This document shows, one piece after another, positions 1 through 8,724 of a DNA stretch of 64,000 bases. Below the pieces are notes generated by a model, which worked only from the letters and a program-made list of their open reading frames with translations, was not told where the DNA came from and made no database searches. The stretch comes from Thermoleophilaceae bacterium. GTDB taxonomy: Bacteria; Actinomycetota; Thermoleophilia; Solirubrobacterales; Thermoleophilaceae. The DNA lies in NCBI GenBank assembly GCA_035629775.1, contig DASPHG010000006.1, forward strand, positions 693 through 64,692, in the 5' to 3' direction. A program made the position numbers and the translations under genes. The first letter of the stretch is position 1. Every line of letters starts with the position of its first letter.

Positions 1-392
1 CGGGCGACGTCTACCAGGCGGGCACGCTGTCCGGAAATCCACTCGCCACGGCCGCCGGCTTGGCCACCCTGCGCCTGTTGGACGGGGCCGCCTACGACCG
101 GCTCGAGCGGACCACGGCGGCGCTGGCCGAGGGGCTGATCGACCTCGGCTTGACTGTCGCCTGGGTGACCGGGCTCCTCACGGTCTTCTTCCGCGACGGG
201 ATCCCGCGGAACCTCGACGAGGTGAGGGAATGCGATTTCGACCGCTACGGCGCGTTCTGCCGCGGGATGCTCGAGCGCGGCGTCTATCTGCCCCCGTCGC
301 AGTACGAGGCGTGGTTCCCGTCGCTCGCCCACACGGACGAGCACGTCGAGCGGACGCTCGGCGCCGCGCGAGAGGCGATGGCCGCGCTATGA
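1..392 (+). CDS. hemL: glutamate-1-semialdehyde 2,1-aminomutase, C-terminal fragment (5' end outside window)
   Basis: The frame is open from the window edge to TGA 390-392. The translation ...ERGVYLPPSQYEAWFPSLAHTDEHV... looks like the conserved HemL/class III aminotransferase C-terminus. Other heme genes are in the window. Confidence 0.85.
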   Translation, partial: GDVYQAGTLSGNPLATAAGLATLRLLDGAAYDRLERTTAALAEGLIDLGLTVAWVTGLLTVFFRDGIPRNLDEVRECDFDRYGAFCRGMLERGVYLPPSQYEAWFPSLAHTDEHVERTLGAAREAMAAL

Positions 393-811
393 GCAACCTC
401 GAGCAGCTGATCGCGGATGTCGGACCCGACCTAGCGGGGCACGCGAGCCCGCGGCCCGGGCCGGACCGGTTCGAGGGCGGCCCGCGGGCATACGTCCTCG
501 AGGCGATCTACGAGGCATACCTCCTGCACTACGGCGAGTCGCGCGCCTTCGTCGGGATGGACGCCGACCTGCGCCTCCTGGCGGGCGACGCCCTCTACGC
601 CCGCGGGCTCGAGCGGCTGGCCGAGCTGGGCGATCTGGAGGCCGTCTCCGAGCTGGCCGACCTGATCTCGCTCTGCGCCTGGGCGGCGGCGGCCGGGCGG
701 CCCGAGCTGGCCGACGCGCTCTGGGACGCGAGCGCGCGGCGGCTGCTCGAAGGGACCGGGGCCGGCGCTCGGGCCGAGGTGGCAAGTGACTTGGCGCCAG
801 ACCGCCATTAG
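389..811 (+). CDS. hypothetical 140-aa protein; possibly a small non-catalytic subunit of a heteromeric prenyl diphosphate synthase (speculative)
   Basis: ATG 389 overlaps the hemL stop (ATGA). GC3-rich coding. The helix LRLLAGDALYARGLERLAELGD resembles the GDLLLSRAF helix of trans-prenyl synthases, but no DDxxD motif is present. Confidence 0.6.
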   Translation: MSNLEQLIADVGPDLAGHASPRPGPDRFEGGPRAYVLEAIYEAYLLHYGESRAFVGMDADLRLLAGDALYARGLERLAELGDLEAVSELADLISLCAWAAAAGRPELADALWDASARRLLEGTGAGARAEVASDLAPDRH

Positions 812-882
812 CCGGATTGGACACCGGGTTCCGCGGCGCCCGTATCCGCCCTAGGAACGGTAGATTCCCGCCGCAAGCACCC

Positions 883-1545
883 ATGCCCGAACCCCGGAAG
901 AACCCCAGAGAGCGGAAGTCCCGCTACACAGTCGACCGCGGCACCGCGGGCGCGCACGAGGGCGAGACCGTCACGCGGCGGCGTGCGTTCGAGATCGGCG
1001 CCCAGGGGGTCGGCGGCATCGCGGTGGCGGCCTTCGCGCTGCCGACGCTCGGCTTCGCGCTCGGGCCGATGTTCGAGGATCAGCTCCCCGACAACTTCCA
1101 GGACGTGGGCCCGGAGGAGGACTTCAACCTCGAAACCTACGTCCCGAAGGTGATCACGATCGTTCCCGAGGTGGGCGAGGTCGGCAAGACCTCGATCTAC
1201 GTGCGCAGGACCGACCCGGCCCGGGACGTGAAGAACGCGGACCAGCCGTATGTGGCGATCTCGACCCGCTGCGCCCACCTCGGCTGCCCTGTCCGCTACG
1301 TGACCGCGTCACAGCGCTTCATCTGCCCGTGCCACGGTGGCGTCTACGGCTTCCAGGGCGAGGTCACGGGAGGCCCGCCGGTGCGCCCGCTCGACCGCTT
1401 CTACACGAAGGTCGAGGCCGGCCGCGTGCTGGTCGGGCCGCGCTTTTCGCTCAACTCCGACCTCGAGCGGTTTTCCCCGCGCGACCCGTCTAACCACCTC
1501 GACGGCCTCTGGCAGTACCTCTATCCGTCACGGCCGAGCACATGA
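883..1545 (+). CDS. qcrA: menaquinol-cytochrome c reductase Rieske iron-sulfur subunit
   Basis: Rieske boxes CAHLGC and CPCHGG. A Tat-like TRRRAFEIG motif is followed by a TM helix. ATG 883 is preferred over TTG 817. Confidence 0.9.
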   Translation: MPEPRKNPRERKSRYTVDRGTAGAHEGETVTRRRAFEIGAQGVGGIAVAAFALPTLGFALGPMFEDQLPDNFQDVGPEEDFNLETYVPKVITIVPEVGEVGKTSIYVRRTDPARDVKNADQPYVAISTRCAHLGCPVRYVTASQRFICPCHGGVYGFQGEVTGGPPVRPLDRFYTKVEAGRVLVGPRFSLNSDLERFSPRDPSNHLDGLWQYLYPSRPST

Positions 1546-2363
1546 CGCCTCCCAAGCCACCGCTTCCCCGCTCGCTCAGACGCCGCCCCGCGCGCCCCGG
1601 CGACGGCGCCGGCCCGAACGGCAACGGCGCGGACGCGCCGCCGACCGGGCCGGAGCGAATTGCCGAGGGCGGGATCTCGACGGTCGGCTGGCTCGACGAG
1701 CGGACCGGCGCGAGCCCGTTCCTGCGCGGCTTCCTCTACCGGAAGGTCCCCAAGGGCACGAACTGGTTCTACACGCTCGGCTCGGCCACGATGTTCGCCT
1801 TCCTCTCCCAGGCGGTGACGGGCGTGTTCCTCGCGATGTACTACGAGCCCGACGCGTCGCGCGCGTACGAGTCCGCGCAGCGGATCACGAACGAGATCTT
1901 CCTCGGCGAGCTGGTCCGCGGCATGCACCGCTGGGGCTCGACGGTGATGATCGTGCTCATCTTCCTGCACCTCGGCAGGACGTTCTTCTTCGGCGCGTAC
2001 AAGTACCCGCGCGAGCTCAACTGGATCATCGGCGTGATCCTGCTCGTGCTCACCCTGCTCATGGGCTTCACGGGCTACCTGCTCCCGTTCGACCAGCGGT
2101 CGTTCTGGGCGACGGTCGTCGGCGTGAACCTGAACTCGTCCGGGCCGATCGTCGGCCCCTACCTGGCGGACTTCCTGCGCGGCGGGCCGGAGTTCGGCGC
2201 CTACACGCTCAGCCGCTTCTACGCGATGCACATGCTGCTGATCCCGGGCCTGATCGCGGCCCTGATCGGCGTACATCTCTACCTGGTCGCCAAGCTCGGC
2301 ACGACGGCGCCGCCGTGGCTGAAGGCGGAGAAGGCGAAGGCGCTCGCCAAGGAAGAGGTCTAA
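1542..2363 (+). CDS. qcrB: cytochrome b (short, b6-type) subunit of the bc complex
   Basis: ATGA overlap with qcrA. Contains FYTLGSATMFAFLSQAVTGVFLAMYY and MHRWGSTVMIVLIFLHLGR, the typical cytochrome b N-terminal four-helix core. It ends where b6-type proteins end. Confidence 0.9.
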   Translation: MTPPKPPLPRSLRRRPARPGDGAGPNGNGADAPPTGPERIAEGGISTVGWLDERTGASPFLRGFLYRKVPKGTNWFYTLGSATMFAFLSQAVTGVFLAMYYEPDASRAYESAQRITNEIFLGELVRGMHRWGSTVMIVLIFLHLGRTFFFGAYKYPRELNWIIGVILLVLTLLMGFTGYLLPFDQRSFWATVVGVNLNSSGPIVGPYLADFLRGGPEFGAYTLSRFYAMHMLLIPGLIAALIGVHLYLVAKLGTTAPPWLKAEKAKALAKEEV

Positions 2364-2366
2364 GCG

Positions 2367-3077
2367 GTGAACGCGCGCGAGAAGGAGCAATACCTCCGCG
2401 AGTACGAGCTGCTGAAGAAGCAGGGAAAGCCGTTCTTCCCGTACGCGGTCTTCAAGGACTCGGCGATGGCCTGCATCACGCTCGGCGTGATCATCGCGAT
2501 GGCGCTCATCCTCGGCGCGGAGCTCGGGCCGAAGGCGGACCCGACGAGCACCACCTACGTGCCGCGCCCCGAGTGGTACTTCTTCTTCCTATTCGAGCTC
2601 CTGCGCGTGGTGAAGCCGCCGGAGCTCGTGTTCCTGGCGACGATCGGCATCCCGACGATCTGCCTGGTCCTGCTGCTCGCGCTGCCGTTCTTCGACCGCG
2701 GCCCGGAGCGCAACCCGGCAAAGCGGCCGATCGCGACGCTCGCCGGCATCACCACGATCGGCGCGATGGCCTACCTCTCGATCCTCGGCGCGACCGCCGG
2801 CACGCCGACGGAGATCGAGCTGCACGTGGAGCCTCAGTACGAGAAGGGCCGTGACGTGGCCGCGTCCTCGGGCTGCACGGCGTGCCACGTATTCGGCGAG
2901 AACGGCAACCACGGGCCCGGGCCCGACCTCACCGAGATCGGCGCGCGGCTGCCCGCGCCGGCGATCGAGCGCACGCTCGTCAACCCCACCTCACCGATGC
3001 CGTCCTACGAGTCGCTGCGCGAGAACGAGCCGCAGAAGTTCCAGGAGCTGGTCAACTTCCTCGCATCGCTGAAGTAA
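2367..3077 (+). CDS. qcrC: bc-complex subunit IV fused to a monoheme cytochrome c domain (Bacillus QcrC-like)
   Basis: PEWYFFFLFELLR (PEWY motif of the cytochrome b C-terminal half/subunit IV), followed by the heme c site CTACH and a Met ligand region PTSPMPSY. Confidence 0.85.
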   Translation: MNAREKEQYLREYELLKKQGKPFFPYAVFKDSAMACITLGVIIAMALILGAELGPKADPTSTTYVPRPEWYFFFLFELLRVVKPPELVFLATIGIPTICLVLLLALPFFDRGPERNPAKRPIATLAGITTIGAMAYLSILGATAGTPTEIELHVEPQYEKGRDVAASSGCTACHVFGENGNHGPGPDLTEIGARLPAPAIERTLVNPTSPMPSYESLRENEPQKFQELVNFLASLK

Positions 3078-3109
3078 GCGGCACGCTCCCAGATACGCAG
3101 GTTCGGGCG

Positions 3110-3757
3110 ATGTTCGACCGCATCGCCGGTGTGTACGACGTCATGAACACCGTCATGACGGTCGGCATGCACCAGCGCTGGCGCGAGCGGGCCGTCGAGC
3201 TGGCGCGCGTCGAGCCGGGCTCGCGCGCGCTCGACGTGGCGACCGGCACCGGCGATCTTGCGGTCGCGCTGCGGGCTGCTGGCGCCGAGGTGGTCGGTTG
3301 CGACTTCTCCGAGGAGATGCTCGAGCGGGCCCGGCGCAAGGAGCCGTCCGCGCGGTTCGAGTGGGCGGATGCCCTGAACCTGCCGTACGAGGACGACTCG
3401 TTCGACGCCGCGACGGTCGGGTTCGGAGCGCGCAACTTCTCGGACCTGGCGCGCGGGCTCGCCGAGATGGCGCGGGTCGTGCGCCCCGGAGGCCGCGTCG
3501 TGGTGCTCGAGATCACTGAGCCGCAGAAGCCCCCGCTCTCGACCTTCTTCTCGCTCTGGTTCGACCGGCTCGTGCCCGCGCTCGGGCGGTTGGCGGGCGA
3601 CGAGGCCGCGTACTCGTACCTGCCGAGCTCGGTGAAGCGCTTTCCCGGTCCCCACGCACTCGCGGGCGAGTTCGCTGCCGCGGGGCTTGACGACATTCGC
3701 TGGGTCCTGACTGCGGGTGGCATCATCGCCATCCACGCCGGTACGGTCGCTCGGTGA
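3110..3757 (+). CDS. menG: demethylmenaquinone methyltransferase (UbiE/MenG family)
   Basis: MFDRIAGVYDVMN...LDVATGTGDLAV SAM-binding motif. ATG 3110 is the first canonical start after the qcrC stop. Confidence 0.9.
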   Translation: MFDRIAGVYDVMNTVMTVGMHQRWRERAVELARVEPGSRALDVATGTGDLAVALRAAGAEVVGCDFSEEMLERARRKEPSARFEWADALNLPYEDDSFDAATVGFGARNFSDLARGLAEMARVVRPGGRVVVLEITEPQKPPLSTFFSLWFDRLVPALGRLAGDEAAYSYLPSSVKRFPGPHALAGEFAAAGLDDIRWVLTAGGIIAIHAGTVAR

Positions 3758-4746
3758 CCACGGGCAACACCTCGGCGGTCCTGACCAACGTGCTCGAGGC
3801 GGGCGGCCCCGAGCTGTCGCGCAACCTCATGCGCACAGAGGCGCGGTTACAGGAGGTGGCGGAGAGTCACGGCGACGAGCTGTCGCGCCACGCGGCGGGA
3901 ACGCTGCTGGCCGGCGGGAAGCGGCTCCGCCCCATGCTCGTGTTCCTATGCGCGGGCGATCACGGCGGCGACGTGCTGGTCAGTGCAGCCGCGGCGGTCG
4001 AGCTGCTTCACATGGCGACCCTCGTCCACGACGACGTCCTCGACCGGGCCTCGCTCCGGCGCGGGCGCCCGACGGTCTTCGCGGACGGCGGCCGGGATGC
4101 GGCGACCGCGACCGGCGACCTGCTGTTCTCGCGCGCGTTCGCCGAGCTCGTCGTCGAGGGCGGCTCCGATGCGGTCGCGGCGCTTTCGCGCGCGTCCTCG
4201 GCGCTGGCCCGCGGCGAGCTGATGCAGCGCGCCGACGCGTGGTCCGAGGACGTGCCTCGAGACCGCTATTTGGAGCGTTGCGAGCTGAAGACCGCCCGGC
4301 TGTTCGAGGCCGCGTGCCGGCTCGGCTCCCTGCTCGGCGCACCGGGCCCCGGCTGTGCGGACGCGCTCGGCCGGTTCGGCACCCGGATCGGCCTGGCGTT
4401 CCAGATCTTCGACGACGTCCTCGACGTATCGGGCCCGACCGAGCGCACCGGCAAGCCACGTGGGACGGACCTGCTCGACGGCACGGTCACGCTCCCGCTG
4501 ATCATCGCCCGCGAGCGCGACGACGACCTGCGGCGCCTCGATCTCCGCGAGGTCGTGACGAGCGCGGAGCAGGCCGACGCGTTCTGCGACCGCATCGCGC
4601 TGACCGGCGCCCTGAACGACGCGCGCGAGCAGGCACTCCACTTCGTCGCGGAGGCGAAGGCGTCACTGCACGACCTGCCGCTGTCGGAACGGCAGCAGCG
4701 AGCGCTCGACCTCGTCGCGGACGGCGTGGTCGAGCGCTACGCCTAA
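3754..4746 (+). CDS. hepT: long-chain (hexa/heptaprenyl-type) polyprenyl diphosphate synthase
   Basis: GTGA overlap with menG. Two aspartate-rich motifs, LVHDDVLD...RRGRPT and FQIFDDVLD. Confidence 0.9.
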   Translation: MTTGNTSAVLTNVLEAGGPELSRNLMRTEARLQEVAESHGDELSRHAAGTLLAGGKRLRPMLVFLCAGDHGGDVLVSAAAAVELLHMATLVHDDVLDRASLRRGRPTVFADGGRDAATATGDLLFSRAFAELVVEGGSDAVAALSRASSALARGELMQRADAWSEDVPRDRYLERCELKTARLFEAACRLGSLLGAPGPGCADALGRFGTRIGLAFQIFDDVLDVSGPTERTGKPRGTDLLDGTVTLPLIIARERDDDLRRLDLREVVTSAEQADAFCDRIALTGALNDAREQALHFVAEAKASLHDLPLSERQQRALDLVADGVVERYA

Positions 4747-4752
4747 GCCGGC

Positions 4753-5178
4753 TTAGAAATCCTCGGGAAGCAGAGCTTCCGCGTCCAGCGCCGTGACGAA
4801 GCGGTCGATCTCCTCGCTCATGTTGGCGTGCATGAGCTGCTTGAGATCGGAGAGGAGCTGCTCGGTGCCCTCGTCGAGCACCTCGTCGAACTCGTCGACG
4901 AGATCCTGCGAGAACACGCCCGTGACGGTCCACTCGCAGTTCGGGCAGCGGAGCGAGACGCGCCAATTCTCGGGACCGGCCTCTTCCCACTCGATCGGGT
5001 AGACGAGGTCGAACACGCACTCGGGGCAGACGTGGAGCTCCTGCGCCGGGGCGCCGGCACCGCGCTGCTCGGCCTCGACGCGTGCCGACTCGAAGTAGAC
5101 GACGTCGATCGTCTTGCCACTCGGCAGTGTCACACGCTTGACGTAGTGACCTTCAGGTGTGGGGGTCCCTGCTGCCAT
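4753..5178 (-). CDS. hypothetical zinc-ribbon protein
   Basis: The start is taken at MAAGTPTPE (ATG 5178). CPEC...CPNC four-Cys pattern and an acidic C-terminus. Convergent with hepT. Confidence 0.6.
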   Translation of the reverse strand: MAAGTPTPEGHYVKRVTLPSGKTIDVVYFESARVEAEQRGAGAPAQELHVCPECVFDLVYPIEWEEAGPENWRVSLRCPNCEWTVTGVFSQDLVDEFDEVLDEGTEQLLSDLKQLMHANMSEEIDRFVTALDAEALLPEDF

Positions 5179-5283
5179 GTGCAGTCTCCGAGGCGTCTTT
5201 CGGCATGGGCAGCGGGAACTTGAGGTTTCAAGGGCCATTTCGGCCGGTTATTCGGCCAATCTCTCAGCTACGCTGCGCCGCCC

Positions 5284-5853
5284 GTGGTTCTCAGCGACCG
5301 GACGATCCGCGAGGAGATCGAGTCGGGGCGGATCGTCATCGACCCCTTCGAGCCCTCGAACGTGCAGCCGTCGAGCGTCGACGTGCGCGTCGACAGGCAG
5401 TTCCGCGTGTTCCACAACGCGCGCTACCCCTACATCGACGTCCGCCAGCCGATGGACGACCTGACGGAGCTCGTGGAGATCTCGGATGAGGAGCCGTTCA
5501 TCCTGCACCCGGGGGAATTCGTCCTCGGGCAGACGCTCGAGCGGGTCACCCTGCCGGACGACCTGGTGGCCCGGCTGGAGGGCAAGAGCTCGCTTGGGCG
5601 ACTCGGCCTTCTGATCCACTCGACGGCAGGCTTCGTCGACAGCGGGTTCTCCGGCAACCTGACGCTGGAGCTCTCCAACGTCGCCAACCTGCCGATCACG
5701 ATCTACCACGGCATGCCGATCGGCCAGATCTCGTTCATGCGGATGGACGGGCCCGTGGAGCGCCCGTACGGCAGCGGCGAGGCGGGTTCGAAGTACCAGG
5801 GCCAGGCGGAGCCGACTCCGAGCCGGTTCTATCTCAATTTCAACAAGCGCTGA
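5284..5853 (+). CDS. dcd: dCTP deaminase
   Basis: GTG start. (M)[21 protein letters not shown]... and ...[17 protein letters not shown] are typical Dcd/dUTPase-superfamily motifs. Confidence 0.9.
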   Translation: MVLSDRTIREEIESGRIVIDPFEPSNVQPSSVDVRVDRQFRVFHNARYPYIDVRQPMDDLTELVEISDEEPFILHPGEFVLGQTLERVTLPDDLVARLEGKSSLGRLGLLIHSTAGFVDSGFSGNLTLELSNVANLPITIYHGMPIGQISFMRMDGPVERPYGSGEAGSKYQGQAEPTPSRFYLNFNKR

Positions 5854-5877
5854 CCCGGAAGTCGTAACCTTCGCTGC

Positions 5878-6102
5878 ATGCCAACTCCAGGGCCGCTCGA
5901 GATCATCATCCTGCTCGTGATCGTGCTGCTGATCTTCGGCCCGAAGCGGCTGCCCGACCTGGGCCGGTCGCTGGGCCGCGGGATGCGCGAGTTCAAGGAC
6001 TCCGTCACGGGGAAGGACTCGGACGACGAGCCGGCGCGCCTCCCCCAGAACGAGCCCGCCGCCACCGAGCCGACCCCGGCCGAGCGCCGGACCACCGAGT
6101 AA
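5878..6102 (+). CDS. tatA: twin-arginine translocase subunit TatA/E
   Basis: IIILLVIVLLIFGPKRLPDLGRSLGRGMREFK is the canonical TatA hinge and amphipathic helix. Confidence 0.9.
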   Translation: MPTPGPLEIIILLVIVLLIFGPKRLPDLGRSLGRGMREFKDSVTGKDSDDEPARLPQNEPAATEPTPAERRTTE

Positions 6103-6120
6103 GAGCCCCCGGGGGCGTCA

Positions 6121-6897
6121 ATGGCGCGCGTTCGGCCGGTCGGCTACGAGGACAGGCTGACCGTGGTCGACCACCTGGCCGAGCTGCGCGGCCGGCTGAT
6201 GATCGCGATTGCGGCGCTCGTGTTCGCCTCGGCGCTCGCGGGCTGGCAGAACGACTTCGTCCTCGAGGTCGTCAACGCGCCGCTCGAGGACCTCGACCAG
6301 GAGCTGCTCGGCGCGGGCGCGAAGCCGATCAGCTTCGGCGTGACGGAGCAGTTCACGACCACGTTGATGGTCTCGGCGTACGCCGGGCTCCTGCTCTCGC
6401 TGCCCGTGATCCTGTACCAGCTGTACGCGTTCGTCCTGCCGGCGTTCAGCCCGACCGAGCGCCGGGTGGCGTTCCCGCTGCTCCTGATGGTCCCCGTGCT
6501 CTTCATCTGCGGGGTCCTCTTCTGTTACTACGTCGTCCTCGAGCCCGCGACGGAGTTCCTGCTCGGCTTCAACGAGGAGGACTACACCACCGCGGTGAGG
6601 GCGCGCGACTACTACAGCTTCGTGGCGCTCACGACGATCGCGATGGGGCTCCTGTTCCAGGTGCCGGTCGTGGTGCTGGCGCTCACGCGACTCGGCATCA
6701 CGACTCCGGAGAAGCTGCGCGCGAACCGGCGCTTCGCGATCCTCGGCTGCGCCGTCCTGGCGGCGATGCTCCCGACGATCGACCCGGTCACGATGATCCT
6801 CGAGATGATCCCGCTGCTGATCCTGTACGAGCTCAGCATCGTGCTCGCGAGCGTCGTGGGGCGCCCGCCGCCTGAGGTCCAGGCCGAGATCGAATAG
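6121..6897 (+). CDS. tatC: twin-arginine translocase subunit TatC
   Basis: 258 aa and polytopic. LTVVDHLAELRGRL N-terminus typical of TatC. Immediately downstream of tatA. Confidence 0.9.
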   Translation: MARVRPVGYEDRLTVVDHLAELRGRLMIAIAALVFASALAGWQNDFVLEVVNAPLEDLDQELLGAGAKPISFGVTEQFTTTLMVSAYAGLLLSLPVILYQLYAFVLPAFSPTERRVAFPLLLMVPVLFICGVLFCYYVVLEPATEFLLGFNEEDYTTAVRARDYYSFVALTTIAMGLLFQVPVVVLALTRLGITTPEKLRANRRFAILGCAVLAAMLPTIDPVTMILEMIPLLILYELSIVLASVVGRPPPEVQAEIE

Positions 6898-6910
6898 CTA
6901 GGCTCCGCGC

Positions 6911-7576
6911 GTGCTCTTCGACCTCAAGGGCAGGCGTCGGCGGGTCGTCCAGGCGACCTACCTGATGCTCGCGATCCTCATGGGCGGCGGCCTCGTCTTC
7001 TTCGGTATCGGCGGAGACGTCTCGGGCGGCCTGTTCGACGCGTTCAGCGACCGCTCGACCTCCGGCAACCAGGTGATCGAGGACCGCATCGAGGAGGCCG
7101 AGGAACGCCTCGAGAGCAACCCGGAGAACAAGGAGGCGCTCCAGGACCTGGCGCGCGACTGGTACCAGCTCGCCCGCGAGGAGGCCGATCCCAACACGGG
7201 CCAGTACACCGAGGAGGGCCTCGAGCGCCTCACAGAGGCCCACGGGGCATGGCAGCGGTACGTCGTGGCGGCCGCGAAGCCCGAGCCCTCGCTCGCCTCG
7301 CTGATGGTCCAGGTGTACTCACCCGCCGCCCTCAACAAGCCGGCCGAGGGCGCCGAGGCGGCCGAGATCGTGGCCACCGCGGACCCGAGCGCGCAGGCCT
7401 ACCTGCAGCTCGTGCAGTTCGCGGCGCTCGCCGGGCAGGACCGCAAGGCCGACCTGGCGGGGAAGGAGGCGATAGAGCTCGCTCCGAAGGGCCAACGTAG
7501 TAGGTTGCGCGCTCTCGTAAAGCAGTTCAAGCAACCCCCGCCGCCGGCCTCCACCACCACCCAACCGAGCCAGTAG
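6911..7576 (+). CDS. hypothetical membrane-anchored protein
   Basis: GTG start. Basic N-terminus plus one TM helix (ATYLMLAILMGGGLVFFGI), then a helical acidic domain and a Pro/Thr tail. No motif recognised. Confidence 0.6.
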   Translation: MLFDLKGRRRRVVQATYLMLAILMGGGLVFFGIGGDVSGGLFDAFSDRSTSGNQVIEDRIEEAEERLESNPENKEALQDLARDWYQLAREEADPNTGQYTEEGLERLTEAHGAWQRYVVAAAKPEPSLASLMVQVYSPAALNKPAEGAEAAEIVATADPSAQAYLQLVQFAALAGQDRKADLAGKEAIELAPKGQRSRLRALVKQFKQPPPPASTTTQPSQ

Positions 7577-7601
7577 CACTCACTCGACGGAGAGAAATCC
7601 C

Positions 7602-7961
7602 TTGAACTTCCAGATCTCAGACTCGGCCATCGGCGACGACACCCACGTCATCGAGCTCGGCGGTGAGGTGGACCTCTACACCGCCCCCGAGTTCAAGGAG
7701 CGGATGGTGCAGATCATCGAAGACGGGAAGAAGAACGTGGTCGTGGACCTGTCGAAGGCCACGTTCATCGACTCGACGACGCTCGGCGTCCTCGTCGGCG
7801 GCGTCAAGCGACTGCGGCCCACCGGCGGGTCGCTCGCGCTCGTCTGCAGCGACCCGAACATCTGCAAGATCTTCGAGATCACCGGCCTGGACCGCGTATT
7901 CGCGATCCACGCGACCCGGGACGAGGCGCTCGCGTCGCTCTCGTCCGATGGCGGGGACTAG
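7602..7961 (+). CDS. STAS-domain anti-sigma-factor antagonist (SpoIIAA/RsbV-like)
   Basis: TTG start with GGAGAG 8 nt upstream. ...VVDLSKATFIDSTTLGVLVGG... and ...ITGLDRVFAIH... are typical STAS motifs. Confidence 0.8.
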   Translation: MNFQISDSAIGDDTHVIELGGEVDLYTAPEFKERMVQIIEDGKKNVVVDLSKATFIDSTTLGVLVGGVKRLRPTGGSLALVCSDPNICKIFEITGLDRVFAIHATRDEALASLSSDGGD

Positions 7962-7988
7962 CCGAGCTTCTAGAATCGCCGGTCGCCC

Positions 7989-8061
7989 GCCCCGTTAGCT
8001 CAATTGGTAGAGCAGGGGACTCTTAATCCCAAGGTTCTAGGTTCGAGTCCTAGACGGGGCA
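7989..8061 (+). tRNA. tRNA-Lys (anticodon CTT)
   Basis: 73-nt cloverleaf folded by hand: acceptor GCCCCGT/ACGGGGC, D arm GCTC/GAGC, anticodon loop CTCTTAA, T arm CTAGG-TTCGAGT-CCTAG, discriminator A. No encoded CCA. Confidence 0.9.
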
Positions 8062-8065
8062 CTCT

Positions 8066-8704
8066 TCACCGCCGCCGCCAGATCGTCACGCCGTCGCGAA
8101 TCGACAGCATCACGACCACCCCGCGGGGGTCGGCCGCCAGGTCGTCGTTCAGCTCCCGCAGCGCCTTCGTCTCGGCGCTTCCGTCGTCGTGCCCGGGCAG
8201 GACGCGGCCGCTCCACAGCGTGTTGTCGATCACGATCAGGCCGCGCTCGGCCAGCAGCGGCAGGACGGCGTGGAAGTAGTTCGCGTAGTTCGTCTTGTCG
8301 GCGTCGATGAAGACCAGGTCGAACGGGCCGTCGAGCGTCGCGATCGTCTCGAGTGCGGGCCCGAGCCGGAAGTCGATCTTGTGCCCGTGGGGCGAATCCG
8401 CCGCGTAGCGGCGCGCCACCTCGTTCGCCTCCTCCCACACGTCGCAGGTGACGAGCTCGCCGTCGTCCGGGAGGGCGGCGGCCATCGACAGCGCCGAGTA
8501 CCCGCTGTAGGTCCCGATCTCGAGCACCCTCCGCGCCCCGGTAGCCCAGACGAGCAGCTCGAGGAAACGCCCCTCGAGCGCCCCGGTGAGCATCTGGGGC
8601 GCGGCGAGCTTCTCGTGCGTCTCGGCGAAGAGGCGCTCCAGCAGCTCGTCCGGGGGCGTCGAATGGGCGCGCGCGTACTCGTCTAGCTCCTCCGTCTCCG
8701 GCAT
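8066..8704 (-). CDS. class I SAM-dependent O-methyltransferase (caffeoyl-CoA OMT-like family 3)
   Basis: VLEIGTYSGYSALSMA...DLVFIDADKTNY...GLIVIDNTLW. ATG 8704 (MPETEELDEY) is preferred over the longer ORF. Confidence 0.85.
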   Translation of the reverse strand: MPETEELDEYARAHSTPPDELLERLFAETHEKLAAPQMLTGALEGRFLELLVWATGARRVLEIGTYSGYSALSMAAALPDDGELVTCDVWEEANEVARRYAADSPHGHKIDFRLGPALETIATLDGPFDLVFIDADKTNYANYFHAVLPLLAERGLIVIDNTLWSGRVLPGHDDGSAETKALRELNDDLAADPRGVVVMLSIRDGVTIWRRR

Positions 8705-8724
8705 GGCGGGTAGCTTGTCACGCC

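Noticed and set aside
817-882. TTG 817 as the qcrA start
   Set aside because: ATG 883 gives a normal basic N-terminus ahead of the Tat motif. The 22 extra residues are Arg/Gly/Pro-rich with no support.
8004-8279. 91-aa ORF starting inside tRNA-Lys
   Set aside because: It overlaps the tRNA and the antisense strand of the O-methyltransferase gene, and has no coding signature of its own.
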